A stretch of 64,000 nucleotides of DNA from Marsupella aquatica (GCA_973895155.1 OZ316896.1:23704600-23768599); one strand, 5' to 3'; shown: positions 49,471-63,285, counted from the stretch's first letter. Translations and numbers: made by a program. The notes: generated by a model from the letters alone, not told the origin.

Positions 49471-50429
49471 TGTGGAAAGCCTTTTTTGAGGAAGTATTCT
49501 AAGGAGTATTAAATCTACATTTTTCAAATCTTTTGAAGCATTTTAAGTGACAAAATGAAGTCACTTAGAGAAGATGAAGGAGTTAAGGACATAAGAAGAT
49601 CAGTTTAACCAACAAACTGTTTTTTATCGGAAGAATCGCTCAGGCGTTTTAAGTTGAATTCTGATTCAGCATCTCTTAAACCATTTTTCCTCTCCCTTTT
49701 TCCACCCGAGCTCATTAGATAGAATTTAGCTTAGTTAAACTAGTTTAGCCATCATTAGGAATCTTAGCTTAGGAAAGTAGTTAGAACTACTTACCTCTTC
49801 AAATCTTCAATTAATAGTTAGTTAGGAAGTAGTTTAGTAACCTTTTTAGATCTCTTTGATCTGTGAGGGAGTATTACAATTGAACTCCCAGGAAAAATTG
49901 TCTTGTCATTTTCTCTGGAAACGATTTGTGACCAGTATGGGTCTTTTCCTCATGCCAGGTTGGGCTTAGGAGGAAGAATCGTAGAAATGAGAAAATGCAC
50001 CACCCAAATTCTACTGTTATTCATGATTTCCTCGTGCATTTCTTGCAAACCTTGGAATGAATGAATACATTTTAAGAAAATGTTTCTTTGGTTTTGTATG
50101 GAAAAATATGAGTAAAGTTCTGAAATCTAGAATTTAGAGAATTGTAGTGAAATTCCTAATGTAAAGCCGATCTCTGTTGAGTATAAGGAATTTAGGAATG
50201 GAACGAAAACAAACTTCTATTGAGAAGGAGCGATAGTCTGAGAGTCTCCATATTAAAATGATTGATCATAAATATTTCGAGTGATATAGTAGTTGTGTAA
50301 GGAGAGAGACTCCTAAAGATCTCCAAGACCTTAATACCATCATAAGTTGATTTCCTTTATTCCTTACGGGAACGAATTCGAGTTTCTAAGATACATTTTA
50401 TACAAGTTTCATCTAAAACGCTTACCACA
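49471..50429. mobile_element. 959-bp solo LTR with TSD CAATT
   Basis: TGTGG...CCACA termini; CAATT at 49466-49470 and 50430-50434; non-coding. Confidence 0.88.
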
Positions 50430-51437
50430 CAATTATCTCTTTTGCTAAACAACTTTTGTTACCTAACAACTTCTTTTCCTCCATAACATTAACAATATCA
50501 TTTTTGCAACAACTTCTTTTATGCAATGCAATCTTTTGCACAACAACATTTTTACACATCACCATCTTTGCATAACAACATGGTATGCATTGACACCATC
50601 TTTTGTGCAATGCACACCGGGTAATGAGCTAGTCAATAATGAGGAAAATTTCACAACTTATATGTTCAGATCACGTGGTCAAAGATGGGACTCAAATTCA
50701 ACATAAAGGAAGTTGTGATGATTTCACTCTCAGGTTTTTCAGAGTGTGACAGAACAAGAGGTGGATAAACTGTAGACTAGAAGAAGACCCATTGTCTTGA
50801 GTATCACTTTGGTTAACTTTAAACTGAAGCCTCAATTATATTGTTTATGTGTTTGTCTAACTCTAAATTCAAATGCTAAACCATGGTTAGTGTGAAACCC
50901 TTGGATGGTAAAACTAGGTTAATCTCAACCCCAGGCATGCTACCTGTGATTCGTTTTAAAACTGTTGACTACAAAGGATGTCACAGTCCATTGGGATTGT
51001 CCTGTTTCTACCCTAGGTCCATGATCGGGGGCTTTACTTTCCATGGTGCACCCTATATCATTATCCAGCAAGGGTAATAAAAGTCCTAGATGTATATATC
51101 ACACTGCTCTACTCTGCTCAGTTCAGGATTTTTAGTACCCATAGGAGGCTTAAAAGACACTTGGCGCAACCCACACACTCACCAACCCTCCCCACAGCCA
51201 ATGCAGGGGGGGGGGGAGCTGGGGGGGGGGGGGGGGGTGTTGAAGTATGTCATGGGAAGCCTTTTGTTCTGTCTAGTCCTTCATACTGGTCTGTAGTTTT
51301 GAATGTATTTTTGTTCCCATTTAGAGCAAAACAGGGGAGTTCTCTCCCTAGCCGGCTCTCTCCCTTACCACCTTCCTCTCCGCCGAATGGTCCGTAGAAT
51401 AGCACAGAGTAGGGTATTATCAATTTATTGAACTTTT

Positions 51438-51850
51438 TGTTTTGTTTGTCTTGAATGGAAATGGGGAGGAAATACAATTAGACTCCCCCCACCCCAATGT
51501 GACAGTTTTACAGTAGTGAACCCAGACCAGGGTGAGCCCCAATACAATTAAATTCCCCCCACCCCAATGTGATAATTTTTCTGTAGGGAACCCAGACCAG
51601 GGTGAGCCCCAATGGATCCAACAAGGACCCACCAGGAAGGAGAGAGGATTAAATAAGGGTCACAAAGTGGGCTAAACCCTAAACCAGGGTCAGAGGGGAT
51701 TATCAAAAATCCAATCCACTACCCACACACATATACTCTCCACACTGACACATATACTCTCCACACTCAGTGTGGAAGGGGGATTGAACCTGAGAACTCT
51801 TAGTTCCTGGCAAATCCTGCCAATTGGCCTAAGCCAATTGGTTTTTTTTT
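51438..51850 (-). mobile_element. Candidate tRNA-derived SINE
   Basis: Present only in the left arm. The minus strand has A-box-like TGGCTTAGGCCAATTGG, B-box GGTTCAATCCC and an A-rich tail, and is flanked by ATTGAACTTTT / ATTCAACTTTT. Confidence 0.7.
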
Positions 51851-53041
51851 TAATTCAACTTTTCAGTAGATTGCTCCTTCTCGTACCTTGTTGCCTGCGG
51901 GCGGATGGAGAAGCTCATTAATATTTTAGAGACGTGATTTGTGCTGGGGATGTTCTGACCGTGTACGTCGTGATTCGATGCAAGAATGAAAGTGGTCGAG
52001 GCGGTGTAGCTGATTGGAATGGAGGCGAGGAAAGCCACTGAGCTTCTTGCGGCGGGGAGGAGGAACACGGTGTCTCGGAGCTCCATCGGCCGTTGAGTAG
52101 GTGCTTCTAGTCTGTGTACCAGTTGTCGACGGAGACGAAATGGCATCTGGCTGCGGATAAGGACGTTGTTTGTCGGACAGAGACCGAATTCTGGCATTGG
52201 CGAAAAGTCGCGTTTGTAGTAGTCTACGAGGAAATCCGTGTGCCATCGATGCTTGCAGCGATCCCGTTTGCTTGCAAACTGGTCGACACTTAACTGCCTG
52301 CGATTGCATTGTTTCCGCCCCGTTTGCAAGCAAATTGGTCGACACTTATCTGCCTGCGATTGCATTGTTTCTGCCTAGCTCAGCAGCTCAGCAGCTCTTG
52401 TCGTTGGTTTCCACCTCTTGATCTTCCAAGCTGGTAGGATCGGAAGATAGTTTGGTGGGTTCAGATTTTGGTTCGCGCTGAGATATGTACATCCTACTGG
52501 TGACATGAACGAGACCACACGGGTCCCTTCGCGGACAGGGAACTCGGTCCTGTCACTACAGCTTGTAAGATTTCAGCTGAGGGTAGTTGGCTGGTCACGT
52601 CACAACCAGTAGAGACCACCAACTCTGATTGCTCTCGAAGCAGTGGGGTTCGTCGCGCAGTGAAGACACCCCGTTTTGAAGAGATTTGACATGCGAGGGA
52701 TTTCGGGTTAAAGAGCAGGGAAGTCTTGACTCGAGCTGATTGCCCGCGTGCCCACGGTTTGGCGATCGGTTGCAGGGACTTCGGTGGGAGCAAATGCCTG
52801 GAAAGCCGCTCGACAAAATGTTGAGGAGAGATGAAAATTTTGGATATGGTCCGTTTTGGCCACACGGAGCGAGGGACCAAATTGATCAGGACCACGCTTT
52901 TGAATACAACTTTGGCCAAAAACAATTCATGCACCTCGTAACCTTTTCCACTTTATGCTAGTATCAGTCAGGTTTTCCAGGTGTGATCGTGGGTTGCGGT
53001 GCCGACAGAAGAGGCCCAGAGCACTTGAGTTTAATCATACG

Positions 53042-55611
53042 ATGACAAGAAAAGCACTTTGGGTGGATGGCTGGTCAACTCTAGTATGGGTGAAGGCAAG
53101 GCTCAAATTGATTTCTCAACGCAGATTGCAATCTCGTGCTAGTTATGGCACCAGACAGTGGTCTCAAGACACTGCAGCAGGGAGTAGGTAGTGGCATAAG
53201 TGCTCTAGAAATTGAATTGTCTCCTTTCCTAAATGACAAGAAGTAGGTGCAGCCAACAAATTATGATTTGACTCAGTTTTGTGCAACTTGCGCTCAGCAT
53301 TCGTTACATTTCTGAGTCACTCAGAGCAGTATGATGTTCGAAAGAAGTGCGATATATGTCAGTGCTTTTCAGATTGCAAAGGAATGTGTTCCTTTCTTGT
53401 GTATACTGGAACTTATGAGTTTAGGGCATTAGCCTGCTTCACCCTTCCATTTGTGTGCTAGTGTCCTTTTTTAATGTTCAGATTGCAAACGAATGTGTGC
53501 AGTTTTTGTGTATACTGGAACATATGAGTTTAGGGCATTAGCCTGCTTCACCCTTCCATGTGTGTGCTAGTGTCCTTTTTTAATCAAGGTTGTTCTAATA
53601 AAAAGTGCACTGATGATTCAGACTTTTCATGCGCAACAACGCAAAAGCAAATGCTGTGACTTCTAGTGCACCAGAGTTCAGCCATATTGTAGGAGGTGGC
53701 GTTGGTAGTATGCACATGCATAGTCCTACTACCACGAGAAGAGCAATTGCTATTCTGAAGAATCGTCTACAAAGAGGCACTGCTGCAGGCTCGTACACAT
53801 ATGTTAAAATCCTGCAAATGTGCTTGAAGCAGAAAGATTTCTTAGCGGCCAAGCAGGTTCATGACTGCATCATCGAAAGTGGAATGGATAGGAATCAATA
53901 TGTGGCGAACGCCCTGCTGAACGTGTATATCAGATGTGGCGAATTGTTGGAAGCACGGCGAGTGTTTGATGAACTAGGGAAGAAGGATGTTTTTACTTGG
54001 ACCATGATGATTGCAGGATATGCTAAGAGCCATCATGCTGAATCCGCACTGGAACTGTTCGATCAAATGCGCCGACACGGTGTGCGGCCTAATGCAGTCA
54101 CATATATGAGCATCCTGAAGGCATTTGCCAGCCCATTAGCTCTAAAATGGGGAAAAGAAGTTCATGCGTGTATTGAAAATGCTGGCCTTGAATCAGATGT
54201 ACGCGTAGGGAATGCCCTCCTTCAGATGTATGCGAAGTGTGGGTGCATCACAGAGGCAAGGCGATTTTTTGAAAAATTGACTAATCGAGATTCCATCACG
54301 TGGAGTGTAATGATTGCTGCGTATGCCGCAATCGGCAATATGGAGGACGCCCGATTACTGTTTGACAGAACGGAACAACGCCATGTAATCACGTGGAACA
54401 TAATGATTGGAGCATATGCAGAACGCGGTCGTGGAGTGGAAGCACATCGACTATTTCTCGAAATGAGACGTGAAGGGTTCCAACCAGATGCAATCACTTA
54501 CATCAATATTCTCAATGCATCTGCGAGTGCAGGGGCTTTGGAGTGGGTAAAGGAGGTCCATGGCCATGCCAGCAACGCAGGACTGGAGTCGGATTTGCGT
54601 GTGGGCAATGCACTCGTTCACATGTATGCAAAATGTGGCAGCATAGATGATGCCCGACGAGGTTTTGACAGAATGGAGGAACGCAATGTCATCACATGGA
54701 CTACCATGATGGGTGGACTTGCACAGCATGGTTGTGGGCATGAAGCCCTGGAACTCTTCAGAAAAATGACTGCGGACCGTGTGAAGCCGGACGGGACTTC
54801 ATTCGTGGCAGTGTTGTCCGCCTGTTGTCATGCAGGCCTTCTTGATGAGGGCCGTCGACTCTTTGTAGCTATGACGACAGATTATGGCATCGAGCCTGAT
54901 ATTGTGCATTATAACTGCATGGTCGATCTTCTTGGGCGAGCTGGACAGTTGGAGGAAGCAAAGCGCTTCATTAGTGACATGCCAGTTGAACCAGTTGCAG
55001 TAACTTGGATAGCCTTCCTTGGGGCTTGTAGAACTTACGGTAATGTGCAATTGGGCGAATTTGCCGCTAACGTGCTTTTCAAGCTCGAACCCAATAATGC
55101 CTCTGGATATGTACTCCTTTCCAACATCTATGCTGCAGCTGGTAAGTGGGAGAAGGTTTCATTGGTGCGCACCATGATGCACGAGAGGGGTGTTCGGAAG
55201 GAGCCAGGGCGGAGCTGGATTGAAGTTGACAACAAGATCCATGAATTTGTCGTAGGTGATACATCTCACCCAGAAGCAAGGGCTATATACAATGAGTTGA
55301 ATAATTTGACGGAAAAACTGAAGGCTGAAGGCTATGTTCCTGATACCCAGCTTGTGTTGCAGAATATCAGTGACGAGGATAAAGAACTAGCCCTTTGCTC
55401 TCATAGTGAGAAGTTAGCTATTTCGTACGGACTCATGTGCATACCGCAGGGAAATCCAATTCGTGTATATAAGAACCTTCGGGTGTGCTCAGATTGCCAT
55501 ACAGCAACCAAGTTGATCTCCAACGTGACCGGACGCGAAATTATTGCCAGGGATCCATATCGCTTTCACCATTTTAAGGATGGAGTGTGTTCTTGTGGGG
55601 ATTACTGGTGA
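53042..55611 (+). CDS. PLS-class PPR protein with E and DYW domains (organellar C-to-U editing factor); proposed exons 53042-53187 and 53622-55611
   Basis: 660-aa ORF 53629-55611 with P/L/S motifs, PG box PGRSWIE, HSEKLA, CSDCH and terminal DYW. A GT-AG intron joins a putative transit-peptide exon in frame (inferred). Confidence 0.93.
53370..53580. repeat. ~109-bp tandem duplication in the putative PPR intron
   Basis: CAGATTGCAAA...GTGCTAGTGTCC occurs twice; also present in the right arm (~61430-61635). Confidence 0.85.
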
Positions 55612-58600
55612 CCACATTCGAAGCTGTGTTTGAGCCGGCTGTAAAATGACTCTAAGGAGTACTCCCTGGCAGCCAGATAGGAACAGGTTTTTGTTGAACG
55701 CTTGATCCAGGAAGGCCATACATTCGTAAAGCATTGTTCTAGTGCAACGAATGTGACAGGAATGTTGAGATTAGTATTTTTTCTAGCATTTGAGCTGAAA
55801 GACTATTTGATCCATTCATCAATTTTCCGAGCAACGGGCTAACAGCTATCCACAGTCCCGCAGGTACTCTCACTGACGAACGATCGGGAAGAAGATCATT
55901 GATCACAGTGGGTGCATCAATAGGGGTTTACGTAATATCTTGTATCAGAAAAGTTCTGTGAGTGGCATCTTGACAATCGAAATCGCAGATATGCGAAATC
56001 AAGCTCCTCGCTTGATGAGGGCTTCATAATATGTCCAAAGTTCTCTATGATAATCGAAGGGAACTCACATTGCTGACAGGAAATGTTAAAATCCACCAGC
56101 ACAAAAGTTAAAGCATGAGTTTGTACAGTTCTGAAAGGAAGCCTTTCGCTCCCAGACTATCGTAGTGAAGCGAGTGTCTGAAATCCAACCCGACAAAGAC
56201 ATCAATTTCCATAAGGTTCTTTCAACGCGAACTCCACTGTTGTTCATTTACAGAGGGTAACCAGTCTACACGGTACACGGACAAAATACATGGACTGTCC
56301 GTGGCATTGCGCACTGTATAAAGAGCGAAGCCTGCAAGTGAGCAAGGGTTGCATGCGTGATCTGAAGTGGTGCCGTTTATGCGCAATTGACACTTTGGGA
56401 AGGCCTCGTAGCTTTCAGATCAAACAGCCCCCCCAAAAGGTACAAAGGTCACGAGGCAGGGAAAGAGGGGAAATAGCCCCAACGATCCAAATGAGCGGGC
56501 AGCGGAGACTAAAGCCCCCAAAGGTAGAGGGGCATGCTATGCAATGCAGTTCACGAAAGAGCAGACGGGCAGCAGAGTGCCAACAGCGGCTTAAACTCCC
56601 AGGAGTTCATCGGACACAGAAATGAAGGGGCTGAGAGGTGGACAGCGCCACAATCAAATAACGCACAAGCCCAAATAACTAGGAGGACAGATCAGCACTC
56701 TACTCAAGAACAACCTGTACTACCACGTGAAGAAATTGCTGCTGTGCATGGTGGTCCTAGTGGGTAACGATGATGGTGACGGAGTCACAAATGATGGTGG
56801 ATCACAGAATGAAGACATTTCAACGCTAGGTGCTTCGCAACCCCCTTGGACAACAGTTCCACAATATATTCGAAAATACTAAATCAGACAATGTGGAAAA
56901 CTAAACATATTGGAAGGTCTCCGAACCCGTTTCCATCACACCTGAATTGATCCTGACTGTCTTTAAAAATGCACTTTGCAATATCTTTTGCGAAAGCCAT
57001 TGTTTTTTAAGAGTCAAATAGTAGATGCAAAATCAATGACATTGCATAAACGCCGCCCATCGCCATGATTATGAAAACAACTTCTCAAACAATGTACTTG
57101 CGAAAGCGTATTGCACAGGACATCCCATTCTCACGAATTGGACCCGATGGTAAAAGTGCTGCGATTCCGAAACCAGTTATAGAAAAAACGTGTCAAAGCT
57201 CTTAACAGTGTATGTAACACTTGGCAATTGTTGAAAAAAACATTTTAAACTTCTTCAGCATAATCCTCAAAACATATGAAGTTGGAAAATAAATCTCATT
57301 CTCCCTCCTTTGCTATCGGACTATAGTGTCTAACGGCACCAAAGCATCCAAGTTTAGGCGTTGGACCAGATGGTATTGAGGCAATCAAAGCATCCACTGC
57401 ATGGAAACCAACGTTTAGGAGTTGGGATGAGAGAAAAGGTAACCAAATCACCCGATTTTATCTGTATACAATTCTCGTGAAAAAAACCTATATCTGCTTC
57501 TGTTTAGGGTTGAAGGGAACTCAACATAATACGGCTTCTTTATTAGTCCTTTCCGACTGCATGCGTGCGCTACGAACCAAAGTCCCGGTGTTGTACAGCG
57601 TCAGCGAAGGCTTGTAATACCGTAGGAACAAAGTCCTGAGGAAGCAACGATGGAAATTTCGCTCCCAATCAATCTCCCAACGACTGCATCACCAAACGCA
57701 GCACTGCTTTCAACCCCAAATATTATCCCAAAAAGAAAATGTGACCATCCAGGTGTATAGTGTGTAACCCACGAAAATATTCTTATTCAGGACAACATGT
57801 AAAAGAACAAAAAAAACTTAGGAATATCTTCCACCAAAAACTATCCCAATCAGCTTTGAGAGAATCACGAACTTCTCTATCCAGTTCTGTGATAAGTATT
57901 GCAAAACACTTAGCAACTGAAATGCGGGGTGGTTGGGCATCAGCTATCGTTCCTTGAATTGTCAGACGCATATGAGCATAAATATATGCATCGTCCAGAA
58001 TGTGTCTCGAAGGAAAAGTAAATTTCGGAAAAGTAGCCCATGCGAAATTAAGATAGGAGTTTAACCAATGTTAGATTGCTATGGTCGTATGATCTAACCC
58101 ACGGTGCCATAATACTCCGATGCATGTGAAGTTGACATCAACCGTGCTTGGATTCTCTTGAGACCATGCACCGGCCCAACAAGGAGCTGAGACCTTGTTA
58201 TCACCTTTGATTTCGTAAACTGCAGTGAAAATGACTTCTGTCGCACCTATAACATCAAATCATTTGCCAACTAACATGGAATCATGCAAGAAGAGGAAAA
58301 TAAAGAGAAATTTGAGATTATTGGAACCGAATGGAAAAATAAAAACAGAATGCTGGTCTGTAAGACTGGCCGGAAGTACCTGGTGACTGCAAGCTCCTTT
58401 CATGATGAGTACCGTACTCTTGTAGCGTTTCATGGAACGAAATAAGTGCATCCCACTTGTTGTCAGTTTCTGTGCCACAGGAGCAATTCCGACGGAAGGC
58501 GATTCCTCCTCTGCCGACTCATTTCATTTGATATTAAGTTTGCATTTTGGGACCTTTGCCACTGCTCTTCCTCGAAACCTCAGTATCAGAACAGGCAGCA

Positions 58601-58649
58601 TGCCCAGCTTTCTTTGGGCGAGGCAACTGCTGACACGTCAAGACTAGAA

Positions 58650-61600
58650 AGTGCACTTAACAATGCCTCCGCAGGTATGCGCTCCTTGATCAAGCAACAA
58701 ACGAAACCCTGATTGTATCCCGGTTGCAAGCGAACACTGCATTGCAGTCACTTTCCAGCCAGCGCAACACAGTTTTCAATCTAGTCACCAGTAATCCCCA
58801 CAAGAACACACGCCATCTTTAAAATGGTGAAAGCGATATGGATCCCTGGCTACAATTTCGCGTCCGGTCACCTTCGAGATGAACTTGGTTGCTGTATGGC
58901 AATCTGAACACACCCGAAGGTTCTTATATATGTGGATTGGCTTTTCCGGAGGGATGCGCATAAGCCCGTAGGTGATAGCCAGCTTCTCACTATGAGAGCA
59001 AAGAGCTAGTTCTTTATCCACCTCATCGATATTCTGCAGCACAAGCTGAGTATCAGGAATGTACCCTGCAGCCTTCAATTTTTCAGTCAATTTATTTAGC
59101 TCAGAATATATCGCCTTCCCTTCTGCGTGAGATACATCCCCTACAACAAAGTCATGAATCTTGTTATCGATCTCAATCCAGCTACGCCCTGGCTCCTTCC
59201 GAACACCTCTGTCTTGCATCATGGTGCGCACTAATGACACATTCGCCCACTTGCCAGCTGCAGCATAGATGTTGGAGAGTAGCACATATGCAGAGGCATT
59301 ATTGGGTTCCAACTTGAAAAGCTCTTTTGCGGCTAGTTCGCCCAGCTGCACATTACCATAAGTTTTACAAGCCCCAAGCAAGGCTCTCCAAGTTACTCCA
59401 TCTGGTGGAACTGGCATCTCACTAATGAACAGCCTTGCTTCCTGCAAGTGTCCAGCCCGCCCAAGAAGATCCACCATGCAGGTAAAATGCACAACGTTAG
59501 GGACGATGCCATAATCTTGCGTCATAGCTAGAAAGAGTTTACGGCCCTCATCGAGAAGCCCTGCATGACAACAGGCTGACAACACTGCCACGAATGAAGT
59601 CCCGTCGGGATTCACACAGTCCGAATTCATATTTTTGAAGAGTTCCAGGGCTTCATGCCCACATCCATGTTGTGCAAGTGCACCGATCATTGTGTTCCAT
59701 GTGATGACATCCCGTTTCTCCATTTTCTTAAAAACTAGTCGGGCATCATCTATACTGCCACTTTTTGCATACATGTGAACCAGTGCATTGCCCACACGCA
59801 CATCGGACTCAAGTCCCGCTTGGCTGGCATGGCCGTGAACCTCCTTCACCCACTCCAACGCCCCCGCACTTGCAGATGCATTCAGGATGCTAATATAAGT
59901 GATTGCATCTGGTTGGCACCCTTCCCGGCTCATTTCGAGAAAGAGTTGATATGCTTCAACACCGAGACCCCGTTCTGCGTATGCTCCAATCAGTATGCTC
60001 CATGTTACTCCATTTGGTTTAACTGGCATGTCACTGATGAAGAGCTTTGCTTCCTCCAAGTGTCCAGCCCGCCCAAGAAGGTCCACCATGCAGGTATAGT
60101 GCATAATGTCAGGCTCGATGCGATAGTCTTGGGTCATCGCTGAAAAGAGTTTACGGCCCTCGTCAAGAAGGCCTGCATGACAACAGGCTGACAACACTGC
60201 CACGAATGAAGTCGCATCGGGCTTCACACGGTCTGCATTCATTTTTCTGAAGAGTTCCAGGGCTTCATACCCACAACCATGCTGTGCAAGTCCACCCATC
60301 ATTGTATTCCATGTAATGATATCCCGTTTCCCCATTCTCTCAAAAACTAGTCGGGCGTCATCTATACTGCCACTTTTTGCATACATATGAACCAGTGCAT
60401 TGCCCACACGCAAATCCGACTCTAGTCCCACTTCGCGAGCATGGCCATGAACCTCCTTCACCCACCCCAAAGCCCCCGCACTTGCCGATGCATTCAAGAT
60501 ATTCATGTAAGTGATTGCATCTGGTTCGAAGCCTTCCCGTCTCATGTGGAGAAACAGTCGATATGCTTCCACCCCACGACCGCGTTCCGCATATGCTCCA
60601 ATCATTATATTCCACGTGATTACATGGCGTTGTTCCATTCTGTCAAACATTAATCGGGCGTCCTCCATATTGCCGCTTGCGGCATATGCACCAATCATCA
60701 CACTCCATGTGATGGAATCACGAATAGTCAATTTTTCAAAAAATCGCCTTGCCTCTGTGATGCACCCACATTTCGCATACATCTGAAGGAGGGCATTCCC
60801 TACGCGTACATCTGATTCGAGGCCAGCATGTCCAATACACGCATGAACTTCTTTTCCCCATTTTAGAGCTAACGGGCTGTCAAATGCCTTCAGGATGCTC
60901 AGATATGTGACCGCATCAGGCCGTACACCTTGTTGGCGCATTCGATTGAAGAGTTCCAGTGCGGATTCAGCATGATGATTCTTTGCATATCCTGCAATCA
61001 TCATGGTCCAAGTAAAAACATCCTTCTTCCCTAGTTCATCAAACACTCGCCGTGCATCCAACAATCTCCCACATCTGATATACACATTCAGGAGGGAGTT
61101 CGCGACATATTGATTCTTATCCATTCCGCTGTCCATGATGCAGTCATGAACCTGCTTGGCCGCTAAAACGTCTTTCTGCTTCAAGCACATTTGCAGAACT
61201 TTAACATATGTATATGAGCCTGTAGTAATGCCTCGTTGAAGACGATTCTTCAAAATAGCAATTGCTTCACTCGTGGTAGTAGCACTGTGGATGTGCACAC
61301 TTTCAACACCACCTTGTACAATATGGCTGAACTCTGGTGCACTAGAAGTCACAGCATTTGCTTTTCCGTTGTTGCGTATGACAAGTCTGAATCATCAGTG
61401 CATCTTTTATTAGAACAACCTTGATTAAAAAGGACTCTAGCACACACATGGAAGGGTGAGCAGGCTAATGCCCTAAACTCATATGTTCCAGTATACACAA
61501 GAAATGCACACATTCTTTTGCAATCTGAACTTAAGAAAGACACTAGCACACAAATGGAAGGGTGAAGCAGGCTAATGCCCTAAACTCATATGTTCCAGTA

Positions 61601-63285
61601 TACACAAGAAAGGAACACATTCCTTTGCAATCTGAAAAGCACTGACATATATCGCACTTCTTTCGAACATCATACTGCTATGACTGACTCAGAAAAGTAA
61701 CGAATGCTAAGCGCATGATGCACAAACCAAATCCTGAAACTGAGTCAAATCATAATTTTATGGCTGCACCTACTTCTTGTCCTTTAGGAAAGGAGAAAAT
61801 TCAATTTCTAGAGCACTTATGCCACTACCTACTCCCTGCTGCAGTGGCTCGAGACCACTGTCTGGTGCCATAACTAGCACGAGATTGCAATCTGCGTTGA
61901 GAAATCAATTTGAGCCTTGCCTTCACCCATACTAGAGTTGACCAGCCATCCACCCAAAGTGCTTTTCTTATCATCGTATGATTAAACTCAAGTGCTCTGG
62001 GCCCCTTCTGTCGGCAACGCAACCCACGATCAGACTTGGAAAACCTGACTGATACTAACATAAAATGGAAAAGGTTACGAGGTGCACGAATTGTTTTTGG
62101 TTTGAATACAACTTTGGTCCCTGCTCAGTGTAGCCTAAAACCAAAGTTGTGTTCAAAAGTGTGGTCCTGATCAACTTTGGTCCCTCGCTCCGTGTGGCCT
62201 AAAACGGACCATATCCAACATTTTCATCTCTCCTCAACATTTTGTCGAGCGGCTTTCCAGGCATTTGCTCCCACCGAAGACCTCAGTCCCTGCAACCGAT
62301 TGCCAAACCGTGGGCACGCGGGCAATCAGCTCGAGTCAACACCTCCCTGCTCTTTAACCCGAAATCCCTTGCATGTCAAATCTCTTCAAAACGGTGTCTC
62401 TTCACTGCTCGACGAACCACAATGCTTCGAGAGCAATCAGAGTTGGTGGTGTCTACTGGTTGTGACATGACCAGCGAACTACCCTCAGCTGAAATCTTAC
62501 AAGCTGAAGTGACAGGACCGAGTTCCCCGTCCGCGAAGGGACCCGCATGGTTTCGCTTTTGTTACTAGTAGGATGTGCATATCTCAACGCGAACCAAAAT
62601 CTGAACCCAACAAACTATCTTCCAATCCTATCAGCTTGGAAGATCAAGAGGCGGAAAACGAACGACATGAGCTGCTGAGCTAGGCAGAAACAATGCAATC
62701 GCAGGCAGTTAGGTTTCGACCAATTTGCAAGCAAACGGCGCAGAAACAATGCAATCGCAGGCAGTTAAGTGTCGACCAATTTGCAAGCATACGGGATCGC
62801 TGCCAGAATCGACGGCACACGGATTGCCTCGTAGAGTAATACAAAGGCGCTCTTCGCCAATGCCAGAAATTCGGTCTCTGTCCGACAAACAACGTCCTTA
62901 TCCGCAGCCAGATGCCTTTTCGTCTCCATCGACAACTGCTACACAGACAAGAACCACCTTCTCCACGGCCGATGGAGCTCCGAAACACTCCCCCACGCCG
63001 CAAGAAGCTCGATGGCTTTCCTCGCCTCCTTTCCCATCAGCAGCTACACCGCCTCGACCACATTCATTCCTGCATACGTACTCGGTCACAAGTCCCCAGC
63101 ACAAATCACGTCGCTAATATTAATGATCCTTCTCCATCCCCCCGCAGGCAACAAGGTGCGAGAAGAAGCGATCTACTGAAAAGTTCAATAAAACGATAAT
63201 ACCCTACTCTGTGCTATTCTACGCACCATTCGGCGGAGAAGGAGGTAGTAAGGAAGAGAGCCAGCCAGGGAGAAAACTCTCCCCA
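58650..63285 (-). repeat. Right arm of the inverted segmental duplication
   Basis: Reverse-complement match to 51335-55750; lacks the SINE and has a 612-bp internal duplication. Confidence 0.93.
58785..61974 (-). CDS. PLS-class PPR-DYW protein, paralogue with internal duplication; proposed exons 61974-61829 and 61386-58785
   Basis: 855-codon ORF with PGRSWIE, HSEKLA, CSDCH and DYW. The ATG seen in the paralogue is ATA here, but the conserved upstream exon splices in frame. Confidence 0.93.

Larger units (their letters stand above)
51335..55750 (+). repeat. Left arm of an inverted segmental duplication (right arm ~58650-63285)
   Basis: Upstream region, exon 1, intron, PPR CDS and ~140 bp of 3' flank all match the reverse complement of the right arm. 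Confidence 0.93.

Noticed and set aside
51770-51840. tRNA gene
   Set aside because: A/B-box-like motifs are present but no convincing cloverleaf; the context fits a SINE head.
51850-52950. ORFs upstream of the PPR genes (also 62177-63199)
   Set aside because: Frames are not preserved between the two arms (indels shift them), unlike the exon at 53042-53187.
55180-55611. U-to-C (DYW:KP / GRP-type) editing variant
   Set aside because: Both proteins have the canonical PGxSW box, HSEKLA and terminal DYW of C-to-U editors.
55750-58650. Gene in the spacer of the inverted duplication
   Set aside because: ORFs are 111 aa or shorter with no recognisable motifs, so a call cannot be supported.
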